A stretch of DNA of 64,000 bases from a virus. Shown here piece by piece: positions 1 to 9,413 of the stretch. Positions within the stretch are counted from its first letter, which is position 1. Each line of letters opens with the position of its first letter. The stretch lies in IMG/VR virus record IMGVR_UViG_2802428897_000001, one strand, 5' to 3'. The translations under genes and the position numbers were made by a program. The notes under the pieces are model-generated. The model was not told the DNA's origin and made no database searches. It saw only the letters and a list, made by a program, of their open reading frames with translations.

Positions 1-194
1 TGAATCGCGGCGAGATCGAGGGCTACAAGGTCGGCCGCGAGTGGCGATTCACGAAGGCCCAAGTTGATGCGCTGATCGCGCACTTCACCAATGCCAAAAC
101 GGATGTGGCCGCGCCCGAGGAAGATACCGAGTCCGAGGCGCCGCTGGCGCTGGGTCTCTCCGCGCGATCACGTCGACGGCTGGTGAACGCATGA
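1..194 (+). CDS. Excisionase-like HTH protein (5'-truncated)
   Basis: Frame from position 3 reads NRGEIEGYKVGREWRFTKAQVDAL, typical of HTH_17/Xis; TGA overlaps ATG 191. Confidence 0.65.
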   Translation, partial: NRGEIEGYKVGREWRFTKAQVDALIAHFTNAKTDVAAPEEDTESEAPLALGLSARSRRRLVNA

Positions 195-568
195 CCGCCC
201 GCCCGGAAACGCTCGAGGCAGTATTGGCGGAACTCGACCGCGTGAGCGCCGATCGCGATCGGCTGTTGCAGCAGTTGGACGCCGAGCCGGATTCGAAGAA
301 GCTCGCGGGTGAGCTGATCTCAATGATCGGTACCTACTACAACGCTGCCAACAGCAGTGATCAGCGGGTGCTGATCCTGAATCTTGGGCAACTGCTGCGG
401 CAGTCCGGCGCGCTGGTCGATGCGTTGACGACAGAGCTGCAGCACTACGTGTCCGCCGAGTGCACGGCGCGGTATGAGCGTGACGAGTTACAGGAGCGGG
501 TCGCGGGGCTTTCCGACGAAGTCGCGGATCTGCGGACGCGCGAGTGCGCAAGGTCGGTGATCTTGTGA
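191..568 (+). CDS. Hypothetical phage protein (coiled-coil)
   Basis: ORF coupled to neighbours by ATGA/GTGA overlaps. Confidence 0.7.
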   Translation: MTARPETLEAVLAELDRVSADRDRLLQQLDAEPDSKKLAGELISMIGTYYNAANSSDQRVLILNLGQLLRQSGALVDALTTELQHYVSAECTARYERDELQERVAGLSDEVADLRTRECARSVIL

Positions 569-1014
569 TCGCCGCTGATACCGCACTGGGAATCGTATTC
601 GGTTTGGCTGCCGAGTTCCTGCGTGGTGCAGCGGCTTCCGTCGCGACGGTATGCCGGCGATTGGCCGATCAGCACGACAGGTTTCCGGCGGGTGATGGGT
701 CTGACGAGTGGATCGGTCTGGAGGAGCTCATCGCCACAGCTTCAGACGGTGAGCTCGTTGCGATGGCGGACCAGCACACAGCGGTTCTGCTTGTGGCTGC
801 AGCGGATTGGATCAGCGACAAGCTCGACGAACTCGCCGGTGGCGAGGGTGTATACCCCCGATTGGTCATCGATCTTCGTAACCGCGCTGCTGCGCTGCGT
901 CGCGAAGGGGTCTCTCGTGAGGAGCTGGCCACACATATCTGGGGTGTCAGCCATCTCAGTCCACACGTCATCGCCAGCTCTCTGCTGGCGGATTACCGCA
1001 TCACCAAGAAGTAG
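565..1014 (+). CDS. Hypothetical phage protein
   Basis: GTG start overlapping upstream stop. Confidence 0.65.
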   Translation: MIAADTALGIVFGLAAEFLRGAAASVATVCRRLADQHDRFPAGDGSDEWIGLEELIATASDGELVAMADQHTAVLLVAAADWISDKLDELAGGEGVYPRLVIDLRNRAAALRREGVSREELATHIWGVSHLSPHVIASSLLADYRITKK

Positions 1015-1071
1015 GCCCCGCTGCTGGAACAGCGGGGCCAGGCAATGGATCACAACGGAGAGAGGAACCCA

Positions 1072-1356
1072 ATGCCAACCATGGAGTCTACCTACGAGAT
1101 CAAGGAACGCGAGGACGGTGCTCTGGTCGCGTACGTCGAGCGGGCGCTGGGGCCGAGTCAGGTGGGTGTTGCGTTGCCGCATCCTGCCGGTGATGGATGG
1201 CTGACGATCTTGTGGGACGAGAAGGCCCAGAGTGCGGAATTCTCGGCGCACGCTGCCGGTTCACGTTGCGACGAGAAGGCGCGGGAAGCCGCCCGCCAGC
1301 TGCTCGAATTTCACGCCGCAATCATCGCGCGTCTTGTTGCGGCGGTGGAGAAGTGA
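1072..1356 (+). CDS. Hypothetical phage protein
   Basis: GAGGA RBS before ATG 1072. Confidence 0.7.
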   Translation: MPTMESTYEIKEREDGALVAYVERALGPSQVGVALPHPAGDGWLTILWDEKAQSAEFSAHAAGSRCDEKAREAARQLLEFHAAIIARLVAAVEK

Positions 1357-1742
1357 GCGCCACGGTAGTGCGGCGCGTTCTGATCGGGATGCTCACGGGC
1401 GCGGTGCTGGCAATGGCTGCGGTCGGGTACACCCAGCGTGCGCATGCCGCACCGAAAGACGGCTGCGAGACAGTGAGCTGGGGCCTGTTCGGCAGCCAGT
1501 TGCGAACGATCTGCGATGGCCCGAAACGCCCTGACGGCAGCTGGATTCGGGAGCGCCGGATTTGGACGGCCGCAGGATGGGTGCGGGGCAGCACCTACTG
1601 CGCCTACTACTCGTGCACTCGCAGTGAGGGCTACTACCGCCAGGAAAGCACGCAGGGCTACGAGAAGTACCTGGTGTTCGACTACAACGTGGTTCCCGGT
1701 GAGCCGGATTGGCTGCCGGCTGGAACGGTGGTCGTCCGGTGA
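1353..1742 (+). CDS. Secreted CDGP-motif protein
   Basis: Signal peptide ending AHA, then CDGPKRPDGSW motif seen in small mycobacteriophage secreted proteins. Confidence 0.7.
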   Translation: MSATVVRRVLIGMLTGAVLAMAAVGYTQRAHAAPKDGCETVSWGLFGSQLRTICDGPKRPDGSWIRERRIWTAAGWVRGSTYCAYYSCTRSEGYYRQESTQGYEKYLVFDYNVVPGEPDWLPAGTVVVR

Positions 1743-1933
1743 CGGCGCTGCAGTCGGTTTGGACACCGGCCGATTACGACACGACGGTGGCGGCGCTCAA
1801 GGTGCACCAGGCGGTTTCAGTCCCTGGCGGCATCATCCTGCCGCCGAAGCGGGGGCGCAGGTATCGGGGGCAGCACCGCGCCAGCAAGTTCCGCCTGACC
1901 GTCGCAGATCTTCGGGACGGCGGTGCCCGATGA
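1739..1933 (+). CDS. Hypothetical phage protein
   Basis: 4-bp overlaps at both ends. Confidence 0.55.
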   Translation: MTALQSVWTPADYDTTVAALKVHQAVSVPGGIILPPKRGRRYRGQHRASKFRLTVADLRDGGAR

Positions 1934-2217
1934 GCGGGGAACCTATCGGCGAGGTTGAACTCAGCAGCGGCGCCGTCTACGTCTGGGTCAACTTGGATTC
2001 GGGCAAGACGATCATGCGTATCAGCGACCGGCATGGCCGAAGTGATGCCGGGGCAATGAGGCCGGACGAGATCGCGAAAGTCGTTGAGCTGCTGGAGCGG
2101 GCTCGGCAGGTTGCGCCTGCAATCCTGGCCGCTCACAAGGTGCGCCAGCGCGCCGTCATGACTGCCGAAGCCACGTACGAGCGGATCGTGGCGAGAGCAG
2201 TAGGCGGTGCTCGGTGA
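1930..2217 (+). CDS. Hypothetical phage protein
   Basis: ATGA overlap; coupled operon. Confidence 0.65.
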   Translation: MSGEPIGEVELSSGAVYVWVNLDSGKTIMRISDRHGRSDAGAMRPDEIAKVVELLERARQVAPAILAAHKVRQRAVMTAEATYERIVARAVGGAR

Positions 2218-2486
2218 GGCGGCCAGGGGTGGATCAGTCGTACGAAACCGACCTCGATCGTGTGGCTGAGGATGCGCTCGACCTGGTCGGAAGGCTTCGT
2301 GAGGACGATCCGCGCCGGGTGTTTGAGCAGCTTCGGCTCCTGGCAGAGCTGCACCCGGCTAAGTATGCGCAGATCGCGATGGCGCTCGCGGCGTTCGTCA
2401 ATCCCGACGAGGGCACGGTTGCGTTGCGGCGCCGGGTCGACGCCATCGTAGAAAACCGCGCTCACCTGTCGGCGTCGGCGTCATGA
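2214..2486 (+). CDS. Hypothetical phage protein
   Basis: GTGA overlap; coupled operon. Confidence 0.65.
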   Translation: MRRPGVDQSYETDLDRVAEDALDLVGRLREDDPRRVFEQLRLLAELHPAKYAQIAMALAAFVNPDEGTVALRRRVDAIVENRAHLSASAS

Positions 2487-2668
2487 CGCGTGCACTGGCG
2501 GTCGCCGCCTGGGTGTTCGGGCTGGTGGCGTGGGGAGCACTCGTCTTGTTCTGCATCGAACTGTTTGCGGTCGCCCTGTTGCTTTGCGCCGCATCGATCT
2601 TGCTGTGGGGTTTCCGGCTTTACCCGGACCCTGCCGACCAATCAGAAGAGACAGGGGTGAACCAGTGA
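2483..2668 (+). CDS. Small membrane protein
   Basis: Two hydrophobic segments. Confidence 0.6.
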   Translation: MTRALAVAAWVFGLVAWGALVLFCIELFAVALLLCAASILLWGFRLYPDPADQSEETGVNQ

Positions 2669-2820
2669 TGGCGTACGAGTTCGAGGCCGAGGAGTGGCGC
2701 GCTGCCACGCACACGATGACGGAAATGAAGCGCGCCGCAGCAGATGTCGCGCGACGCGGAGCGCTCGGCATGGCCGGTGACCGCACCGACGCTCTCGACG
2801 AAGTGAGGAGCTACCAGTGA
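2668..2820 (+). CDS. Hypothetical phage protein
   Basis: TGATG coupling. Confidence 0.55.
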   Translation: MAYEFEAEEWRAATHTMTEMKRAAADVARRGALGMAGDRTDALDEVRSYQ

Positions 2821-3824
2821 CCGATACCCCGTTTTGGGCCAACTATGCCGAGATGGCTGGCGACTACAAGGATCGTGACGAGTGGCTTGAGTTGCGGCGC
2901 ACTGGTATCGGTTCGTCGGACTGCTCAGCAGTTCTCGGGATGGGCAAGTACGGTTCGCCGTTCTCCGTGTGGGTGGAGAAGACAGGCCGAGCCCGCCCGG
3001 AGGACGAGACCGAGGCGATGATGTGGGGCACGCTGCTGGAGCCCGTGATCCGCGAGGAGCTGGCCCGCCGCCTCAACGTGGAAATCCTTGAGTGCAAGAC
3101 GCTGCGGTCGCTGGTGCGGCCCTGGCAGCTGTACAACCCGGACGGTCTGATCCTCTCGCTCAACGCCCTCGTAGAGATCAAAAATGCGTCGGCATGGCTG
3201 GCATCTGACTGGGAAGACCAGGTGCCAGATCACGCGGAACTGCAGGTGCAGCACGGGATGGCGGTCACGGGTGCTGACGGGGCTTACGTGGCCGGCCTGG
3301 TGGGTGGAAACCGGTTGCGCTGGGAGTACATCCCGCGTGACGAGGACCTGATCGCCACGATCAATCAGGCCGAGCAGCACCTATGGGAGACATACATCAT
3401 CCCCGATGTCGCACCCCCGATCGACGGCTCGGACGCAACCGCGGAGGCCATCGCCGCACGCTGGCCGCGGCAGCCGGGAGTGGAGCTAATCGCAGAAGAC
3501 CCCGCCTCGGTGGCCGATGCCGTCTCGGCCTATCGCTGCGCCCTCACGCAGGAGAAGGCGTCGAAGGTGGCCAAAGCAGAAGCGGTGAACCGGTTAGCCG
3601 CGCTGCTGCAGGGCGCTGACGTGCTCACAGATGAGGTGGGCAACAAGTTGGTTGCACTCAAACGAGGCCAGTTCCGAGAGAAGGAATTCCGCGCTGAGGA
3701 GCCTGACGCGGACCTGTGGCTCCACAAGGTCGAGGTCGTCGACCGTGACCTCCTCAAGTCCGAAAACCCCGAGCTATATCGGCGTTTTCAATCCACATCC
3801 ATCTACATACCGAAAGGGAAATAA
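2817..3824 (+). CDS. YqaJ-family viral recombinase exonuclease (RecE-like)
   Basis: WLELRRTGIGSSD, WGTLLEP, PDG, EIK, QVQH motifs; directly upstream of RecT. Confidence 0.92.
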   Translation: MTDTPFWANYAEMAGDYKDRDEWLELRRTGIGSSDCSAVLGMGKYGSPFSVWVEKTGRARPEDETEAMMWGTLLEPVIREELARRLNVEILECKTLRSLVRPWQLYNPDGLILSLNALVEIKNASAWLASDWEDQVPDHAELQVQHGMAVTGADGAYVAGLVGGNRLRWEYIPRDEDLIATINQAEQHLWETYIIPDVAPPIDGSDATAEAIAARWPRQPGVELIAEDPASVADAVSAYRCALTQEKASKVAKAEAVNRLAALLQGADVLTDEVGNKLVALKRGQFREKEFRAEEPDADLWLHKVEVVDRDLLKSENPELYRRFQSTSIYIPKGK

Positions 3825-3829
3825 CCACC

Positions 3830-4882
3830 ATGGCAAGAGATCTGGCACGACGCGCACAACAGTCGGTCGCCCAGCAGGGTGGCGGAGAGTCGCTACAGAC
3901 CCAGCTCGCGAAGATGGAGACGCAGTTTCAGCGGGCCATGCCGCGAGGAGTGGAAGCCGTACAGCTGATCCGCGACGTGATGACGTGTGTGAAGCAGACT
4001 CCGAAGCTGGCGGAGTGCGACCCGGTATCGGTGTTGGGATCGGCGATGACATGCGCACAGCTAGGTTTGCGTCCGGGTGTTGGCGCATTGGGCCACGCGT
4101 GGATTTTGCCATTCTGGGACAGCAAGACTCGCGGCCAAAAGGCCCAACTGATCATCGGCTACAAGGGCTATGTCGAGCTCGGTCACCGCTCCGAGCAGAT
4201 CGCCTCACTGCACTCGCGGATTGTGTACAGCAACGATCAGTTCGAGGTCGAATACGGTGCGGCCGAGGATAAATGGGTGCACCGCCCGAACCTGGACGGC
4301 CCGCGTGGTGATGCCCGCCTGTTCTACGCGGTTGGTCGTCTAGCCAACGGCGGTTACTCGCTGACCGATCCGATGACGGTCGCGGACATGGAGGAACATC
4401 GAGACAAGTTCGCCATGGCCAAGACCCGCGAAGGCAAGATCATCGGTCCGTGGTCGGATCATTTCGACGCCATGGGCAAAAAGACGATGCTGTTGCGGCT
4501 GATGGCGTTGATGCCGAAGTCGACGGAGATTCAGCGGGCCATCGACAACGACGGCAGTGTGCGCCTGGATCTTTCTGAGGGTGCGATCGACAGCCCGACC
4601 CATATCGACGGTGAGGTTGTCGGTGAGCCGGTGGACGAACCGACACCCGAGCGGGAGTCAATCGATGTTCGCGGCCCAGTCGAGGACGTCCTGATGGCGA
4701 CGGGTCAGCAGCTGACTCGGTTGGCGCAGATCCGGAAAGAGCAGGGCTTCGGCGGTGACGATTCCGGCTGGTTCGACTACGTGCTGTCGGCTACCCAGGC
4801 GCGGGTCAGCCGGGATCAGGACCTCACGCATGAGCAGGCCCAATCGTTGATCGGCATGTTCGACGAGGACGCGGCGAAGTGA
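3830..4882 (+). CDS. recT: RecT-family ssDNA annealing recombinase
   Basis: CAQLGLRP, AQLIIGYKGYVELGHRS, W..HFDAMGKKT motifs. Confidence 0.93.
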   Translation: MARDLARRAQQSVAQQGGGESLQTQLAKMETQFQRAMPRGVEAVQLIRDVMTCVKQTPKLAECDPVSVLGSAMTCAQLGLRPGVGALGHAWILPFWDSKTRGQKAQLIIGYKGYVELGHRSEQIASLHSRIVYSNDQFEVEYGAAEDKWVHRPNLDGPRGDARLFYAVGRLANGGYSLTDPMTVADMEEHRDKFAMAKTREGKIIGPWSDHFDAMGKKTMLLRLMALMPKSTEIQRAIDNDGSVRLDLSEGAIDSPTHIDGEVVGEPVDEPTPERESIDVRGPVEDVLMATGQQLTRLAQIRKEQGFGGDDSGWFDYVLSATQARVSRDQDLTHEQAQSLIGMFDEDAAK

Positions 4883-5274
4883 GCGCGACATTCACCGCGG
4901 TCGATACCTACACCGTCATTCACTGTGGCCATGAGGGTTGCGGAGTTCCGTTCGCGCTCAATGACGAATTTATCCGCCAGCGCCGGGAGGACCACAGGAC
5001 CTGGTATTGCCCGAACGGACACAGCCGGTACTACCCGCAGAAGAACGGGACCGAGGAAGCGAAAGCCAGGGCTGCCATGTTGGAGCGCCAACTCGCCAAC
5101 CGGGATGAGGATCTGCGCGCAGCGAAAGCGGCGCACGCGGTCACAAAGGGCAAGTTGACCAAGACGCGCAACCGCATCGCGAAGGGCGTATGCCCCTGCT
5201 GCAATCGGTCTTTCGCCAACCTGCAGCGCCACATGGCAGGCCAGCACCCCGGCTTTACGGACGCGAAGCAGTGA
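4879..5274 (+). CDS. Zn-finger/coiled-coil phage protein
   Basis: CGHEGC, YCPNGH and CPCCNRSF..LQRHM..QH motifs. Confidence 0.7.
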   Translation: MSATFTAVDTYTVIHCGHEGCGVPFALNDEFIRQRREDHRTWYCPNGHSRYYPQKNGTEEAKARAAMLERQLANRDEDLRAAKAAHAVTKGKLTKTRNRIAKGVCPCCNRSFANLQRHMAGQHPGFTDAKQ

Positions 5275-5393
5275 GCGCGCCCGCATTGCCTCCCGAGCCG
5301 CTGATCAACCGGAAGCAGCTCGGGAACTAGAGCACGAAATCCGCACTGCCACCGGCAATCGTTGGTAGCCATCTCATCTTTGGAAGGCAATCC

Positions 5394-6455
5394 ATGAGCA
5401 TCACAGTTCCAACCAACAAGCTGATCGACGTACTGACCGACGCGTTGGCGACAGCCAACAACACCTTCGGTGGAGTGCACATCGCCACCACCCGCGGGCC
5501 CTGGCGGGAAGAACCCGGCGACGTGGACCTGCTGGCCGCGACGTCGACTACGAAGTTCGTCTTCGGGCACACGTGGATTCCGATCGACGGGCGCATTGAC
5601 CCGATGGTGTGGCCCTGTGAATCGGTCGTTAACGTGCTGGCGCTGTGCAAGTCCTGGGCCAAGAGCAAGGGCGATCAGCACACCGTCGACATCCACCTGG
5701 TGTTGGCCGATCCGCCGGAGAACAAGAAGGACGACGAGCACCCAGGTTGGACCGTGACGCTGTCGGAGTCGCCTGCACTTTTTGGCTCGGACAACGAGTT
5801 TCAGTTCCACGCACATCACGAGTCGCGGTTCCCGACGAGCATCGTGCAGCGCCTGCGGACTGGTGATTTCCTGACCAAGGAGGACTACGAAGAGGTTCCG
5901 CTCACGCTGTGGTCGGCGGGGGTCTTGGCCTCGCTGGTGGCGGTGGCGAAGCGCCGCAAGATGCAGATCCAGATGTTCCGGTCGTCGGAGCGGCTGGTGC
6001 AGACCGTCCAGATCGGCGACACGTGGATCGGCCTTGCCACCCCGGGCTCGTATGTGGAGGGGTTCACGACCGACGGGCCGAGCATCGAGCCGGTCCTCGG
6101 ACAGGACGACAACGGCGCGAGTGTGGCTGCTGATCTGCTGCGCCACGGGGCTGGGTTGTTCCTGGCGCACAGCGACTCCGATCCGGACGACGACACCGAG
6201 CAGCTGGAGATCGACGGCGAGAACCTGCTGCGCCAGGCGGTGGAACTGGTGGTCACCACCAACTTCGGATCCACGTCCATGCTGCAGCGCAAGCTCAAGA
6301 TCGGATTCGCCAGAGCTGCCGGTCTCCTCGACGAAATGGCTGCGGTCGGGATCGTCGGGCCGGCCGAGGACAGCAAGGCGCGTGTGGTGAGGTTCGCGCC
6401 GGAGCAACTGGCGGACGCGCTCGCCGCGATCGCTCCGAAAGCCGGTGAACAGTGA
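5394..6455 (+). CDS. Phage protein with C-terminal FtsK gamma (winged-helix) domain
   Basis: C-terminus [39 protein letters not shown] matches FtsK gamma; no P-loop. Confidence 0.82.
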   Translation: MSITVPTNKLIDVLTDALATANNTFGGVHIATTRGPWREEPGDVDLLAATSTTKFVFGHTWIPIDGRIDPMVWPCESVVNVLALCKSWAKSKGDQHTVDIHLVLADPPENKKDDEHPGWTVTLSESPALFGSDNEFQFHAHHESRFPTSIVQRLRTGDFLTKEDYEEVPLTLWSAGVLASLVAVAKRRKMQIQMFRSSERLVQTVQIGDTWIGLATPGSYVEGFTTDGPSIEPVLGQDDNGASVAADLLRHGAGLFLAHSDSDPDDDTEQLEIDGENLLRQAVELVVTTNFGSTSMLQRKLKIGFARAAGLLDEMAAVGIVGPAEDSKARVVRFAPEQLADALAAIAPKAGEQ

Positions 6456-6883
6456 CGACGCCGACGCTGCTGGATGCCTCGGACGCGGTGTTCTTCGTCC
6501 CGGGTAAGCCCGCCCCGCAGGGCAGCAAGAGACATGTCGGTCGAGGGGTCCTCGTCGAATCGTCGAAAGAGGTTGGCCCGTGGCGCGAACGGGTCGCGCT
6601 GGTGGCGCACGGGGCGATGGCGGGCAGGCCGATGTTCGACGGGCCGGTGTCGGTCACGCTGCAATTCGTCCTGCCCAGGCCGAAATCCGCGCCCAAGACC
6701 CGGACGCCGGCGGCGACCAAGCGGCCCGACCTCGACAAACTGGAACGCGCGATCCTCGACGCCCTCACAGATGTGTGTTTCTCCGACGACTCGCAGGTAG
6801 TGAGCCTGTCCGGCTACAAGCGGATAGCCGAGCTAGGGGAGACGGCCGGCGTCGAGGTCCGCGTAGAGGGCTTCGGATTATGA
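6452..6883 (+). CDS. rusA: RusA-like Holliday junction resolvase
   Basis: [31 protein letters not shown] motifs. Confidence 0.9.
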   Translation: MTTPTLLDASDAVFFVPGKPAPQGSKRHVGRGVLVESSKEVGPWRERVALVAHGAMAGRPMFDGPVSVTLQFVLPRPKSAPKTRTPAATKRPDLDKLERAILDALTDVCFSDDSQVVSLSGYKRIAELGETAGVEVRVEGFGL

Positions 6884-7122
6884 GCCTGAGGTGGCGCGGA
6901 CACAGCGAGATCATCGGTGCTCTAGTCGCGGTCGGGCTGCGCGGCACCTACATGGTTCAGAGCGTCGGCCGCGAATGGATCCTGCAGGGTGTCGGGCACG
7001 ACGGCCTGCCCATGCTGGCATTGCCCGCGGAAGGTAAGGCGTTCGCCGCGTTGCACACCGCGCAGCTGTACGCCATCGAGCTCGACGGCGCGCACGCCGA
7101 AGCCCAGGCATCGGGGGTGTGA
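6880..7122 (+). CDS. Hypothetical phage protein
   Basis: ATGA coupling. Confidence 0.6.
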   Translation: MSLRWRGHSEIIGALVAVGLRGTYMVQSVGREWILQGVGHDGLPMLALPAEGKAFAALHTAQLYAIELDGAHAEAQASGV

Positions 7123-7448
7123 CGGTGGCGCAACTCGGACACACCCTCAACGCGATCGACCGCGGGGCAGTGCTGGGCATCCTCGGTGCAGCCGACACCG
7201 TGCTGGCCACCAAGCAGCTCGCCGAACGGCAGAGCAAGGCAATCACCACGATCCGGGAACTACACAGGCCGATCAACTTGGTTACCTGCGCGGAGTGCGG
7301 CGACACCACTGACGGCTGCGTATGCGAAGACGAGACAGCGTCGACCACCTCTCGGGTGGTTTGTGAGGAGTGCGGACAGGACGAAGACGGGGAGTGGACC
7401 GATCACCCGTGCGCGACCGTCCGCGCGATCGATGAGGCAGGTGCGTGA
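7119..7448 (+). CDS. Cys-rich hypothetical protein
   Basis: CxxC pairs and HPCAT motif. Confidence 0.65.
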   Translation: MTVAQLGHTLNAIDRGAVLGILGAADTVLATKQLAERQSKAITTIRELHRPINLVTCAECGDTTDGCVCEDETASTTSRVVCEECGQDEDGEWTDHPCATVRAIDEAGA

Positions 7449-9025
7449 TGAGCACACACATATCGCTGACCGACTTCTTCTGCGGTGCAGGTGGTTCCAG
7501 CACGGGCGCGATTCAGGTGCCGGGTGTATCGGTCCGGTGCGCGGCGAACCACTGGCAGCTGGCGGTGGATACGCACAACGAGAACCACCCGGACGCCGAT
7601 CACTATTGCGCGGATCTGTCGCAGATCCACCCGAAGTACTTTCCTAAGACGACATTCGGTTGGTTCTCTCCCGAGTGCACGAATCATTCGCAGGCTAAGG
7701 GGATCAAACGGGCCGACGCCCAGCCCGACCTGTTCGGCGACACCCTGCCCGACGAAGCCGCAGAGCGCTCACGGGCAACCATGTGGGATGTCGTCAGGTT
7801 TTCCGAGTACCACCGCTACGAGGTGGTGTTTGTCGAGAATGTCGTCGAGGCGGCCAAGTGGGCGCCGTTCCATGCATGGCTAGCTGCAATGGAAAGCCTC
7901 GGCTACGACCACCGTCTCGTGATGCTGAATTCGATGCACGCCCAACTCGGTGGGCCCGGAGCACCGCAGTCCCGCGACCGCCTGTACGTCGTGTTCTGGC
8001 GCCGCACGAACCGAGCCCCGGACCTTGAGCGGGTAGTCCGGCCTCGGGCGATCTGCCCTGACTGCGGGCCCGTCAACGCCATGCAGGTATTCAAGAAACC
8101 CGGCAACACCGTCGGCCGCTACCGCCAGCAGTACGTATACCGGTGCCCCAACGTCAAATGCCGCAACCAGATAGTCGAACCCGCCGTGCGCGCTGCCGCC
8201 GAGATCATCGACTGGTCAATGCTCGGCACGCGCCTCGGCGATCGCGAGAAGCCTCTCGCCGAGAAGACCATGGCTCGCATTCGCGCCGGCATCGACCGCT
8301 ACTGGGCACCGTTCGTTGTCGAGGCGGCCGGGAACACTTACGACGCGGCGGACCCTCGACATCCGCGCCATGGTCATGCTGATGCCTACATGCGGGCATG
8401 GTCAACCGACGAGCCGCTGCGCACAATCCACACCACGATGTCCAAGGCACTCGCGATCCCGGTCGAGGGGCGCGAGGGCAAGCAGGCACAACCGGTGTCA
8501 GGTCCGATGCGCACCATGACGACTCGCAACGAGACCGGGTTGGCGTTCATGGCCGAGTTGCGCGGAGGCAGCAGCGATGTCCGCGCCATTTCCAAGCCAC
8601 TGTCGACCGTCACCGCGTCGGGATTTCACCACGGCCTGGTGACCACCTACTACGGCAACGGCACCACGCGCCCCGCTGGCGAGCCGTTGTCAACGGTGAC
8701 CGCGATCGAGCGGCACGCACTGCTGATGCGCAACAACACCCCGCGCGGCAACCCGGCCCAGATGGTCACACCGGCAGCCGAGCCAATGCGGACCCTGACC
8801 ACCGAAGGACACCAATCGCTACTTGCGGCCGAGCGTCCGACGTTCAATCTCGATGACGTGCGGTTCCGCATGCTGGAACCACGGGAACTCAAGCGTTCCA
8901 TGGACTTCCCGGCCGACTACGTGATCAAGGGCAACCGGCGCGAACAGGCACGCCAAGCCGGAAACGCGGTCACCCCACCGTCATCACGCGACTTGATCAC
9001 CGTCGGAGTGGAGAGCCTGGGATGA
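7445..9025 (+). CDS. DNA (cytosine-5) methyltransferase
   Basis: DFFCGAGG (motif I), SPEC (catalytic), ENV, PQSRDR, QAGNAV. Confidence 0.92.
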   Translation: MMSTHISLTDFFCGAGGSSTGAIQVPGVSVRCAANHWQLAVDTHNENHPDADHYCADLSQIHPKYFPKTTFGWFSPECTNHSQAKGIKRADAQPDLFGDTLPDEAAERSRATMWDVVRFSEYHRYEVVFVENVVEAAKWAPFHAWLAAMESLGYDHRLVMLNSMHAQLGGPGAPQSRDRLYVVFWRRTNRAPDLERVVRPRAICPDCGPVNAMQVFKKPGNTVGRYRQQYVYRCPNVKCRNQIVEPAVRAAAEIIDWSMLGTRLGDREKPLAEKTMARIRAGIDRYWAPFVVEAAGNTYDAADPRHPRHGHADAYMRAWSTDEPLRTIHTTMSKALAIPVEGREGKQAQPVSGPMRTMTTRNETGLAFMAELRGGSSDVRAISKPLSTVTASGFHHGLVTTYYGNGTTRPAGEPLSTVTAIERHALLMRNNTPRGNPAQMVTPAAEPMRTLTTEGHQSLLAAERPTFNLDDVRFRMLEPRELKRSMDFPADYVIKGNRREQARQAGNAVTPPSSRDLITVGVESLG

Positions 9026-9153
9026 CGGATAACCCGATCTGCATCTGCGGTGATCACCTGTCGCAGCACGTCGGCGACATCAACCCCAAGTCGGTGCTGT
9101 CCGACTGCCCCGGATTCGAAGCCGACCCGAAAGCGAACGGAGACAACCAATGA
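9022..9153 (+). CDS. Small Cys/His protein (MTDNPICICGDHLSQH...)
   Basis: 43-aa ORF below track cut-off, with ATGA overlaps at both ends. Confidence 0.5.
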   Translation: MTDNPICICGDHLSQHVGDINPKSVLSDCPGFEADPKANGDNQ

Positions 9154-9413
9154 GCGATCCCTTGTTCACTGCTGCCAAGCTGCTCGAATCACACGGATAT
9201 GCGGTCGTGGAGCTGCCGAAGCCGGTTGGGGTCAACGGCACTGACAACACCGTGTGGCTGAGTGACCCGTACATCGAGCAGGAATTCAACGGCGACATAA
9301 CCATTTCCGACAGGCTGGGTATCGACGCCGACGAGCTGGAGGATGTCGCCGCCGCGCTGCTCGCCGCTAGCCGCCGGCACCAGGAGGAGGCGCGGCTATG
9401 GGGTGTCGGATGA
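9150..9413 (+). CDS. Hypothetical phage protein
   Basis: GGAG RBS, coupled. Confidence 0.65.
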   Translation: MSDPLFTAAKLLESHGYAVVELPKPVGVNGTDNTVWLSDPYIEQEFNGDITISDRLGIDADELEDVAAALLAASRRHQEEARLWGVG

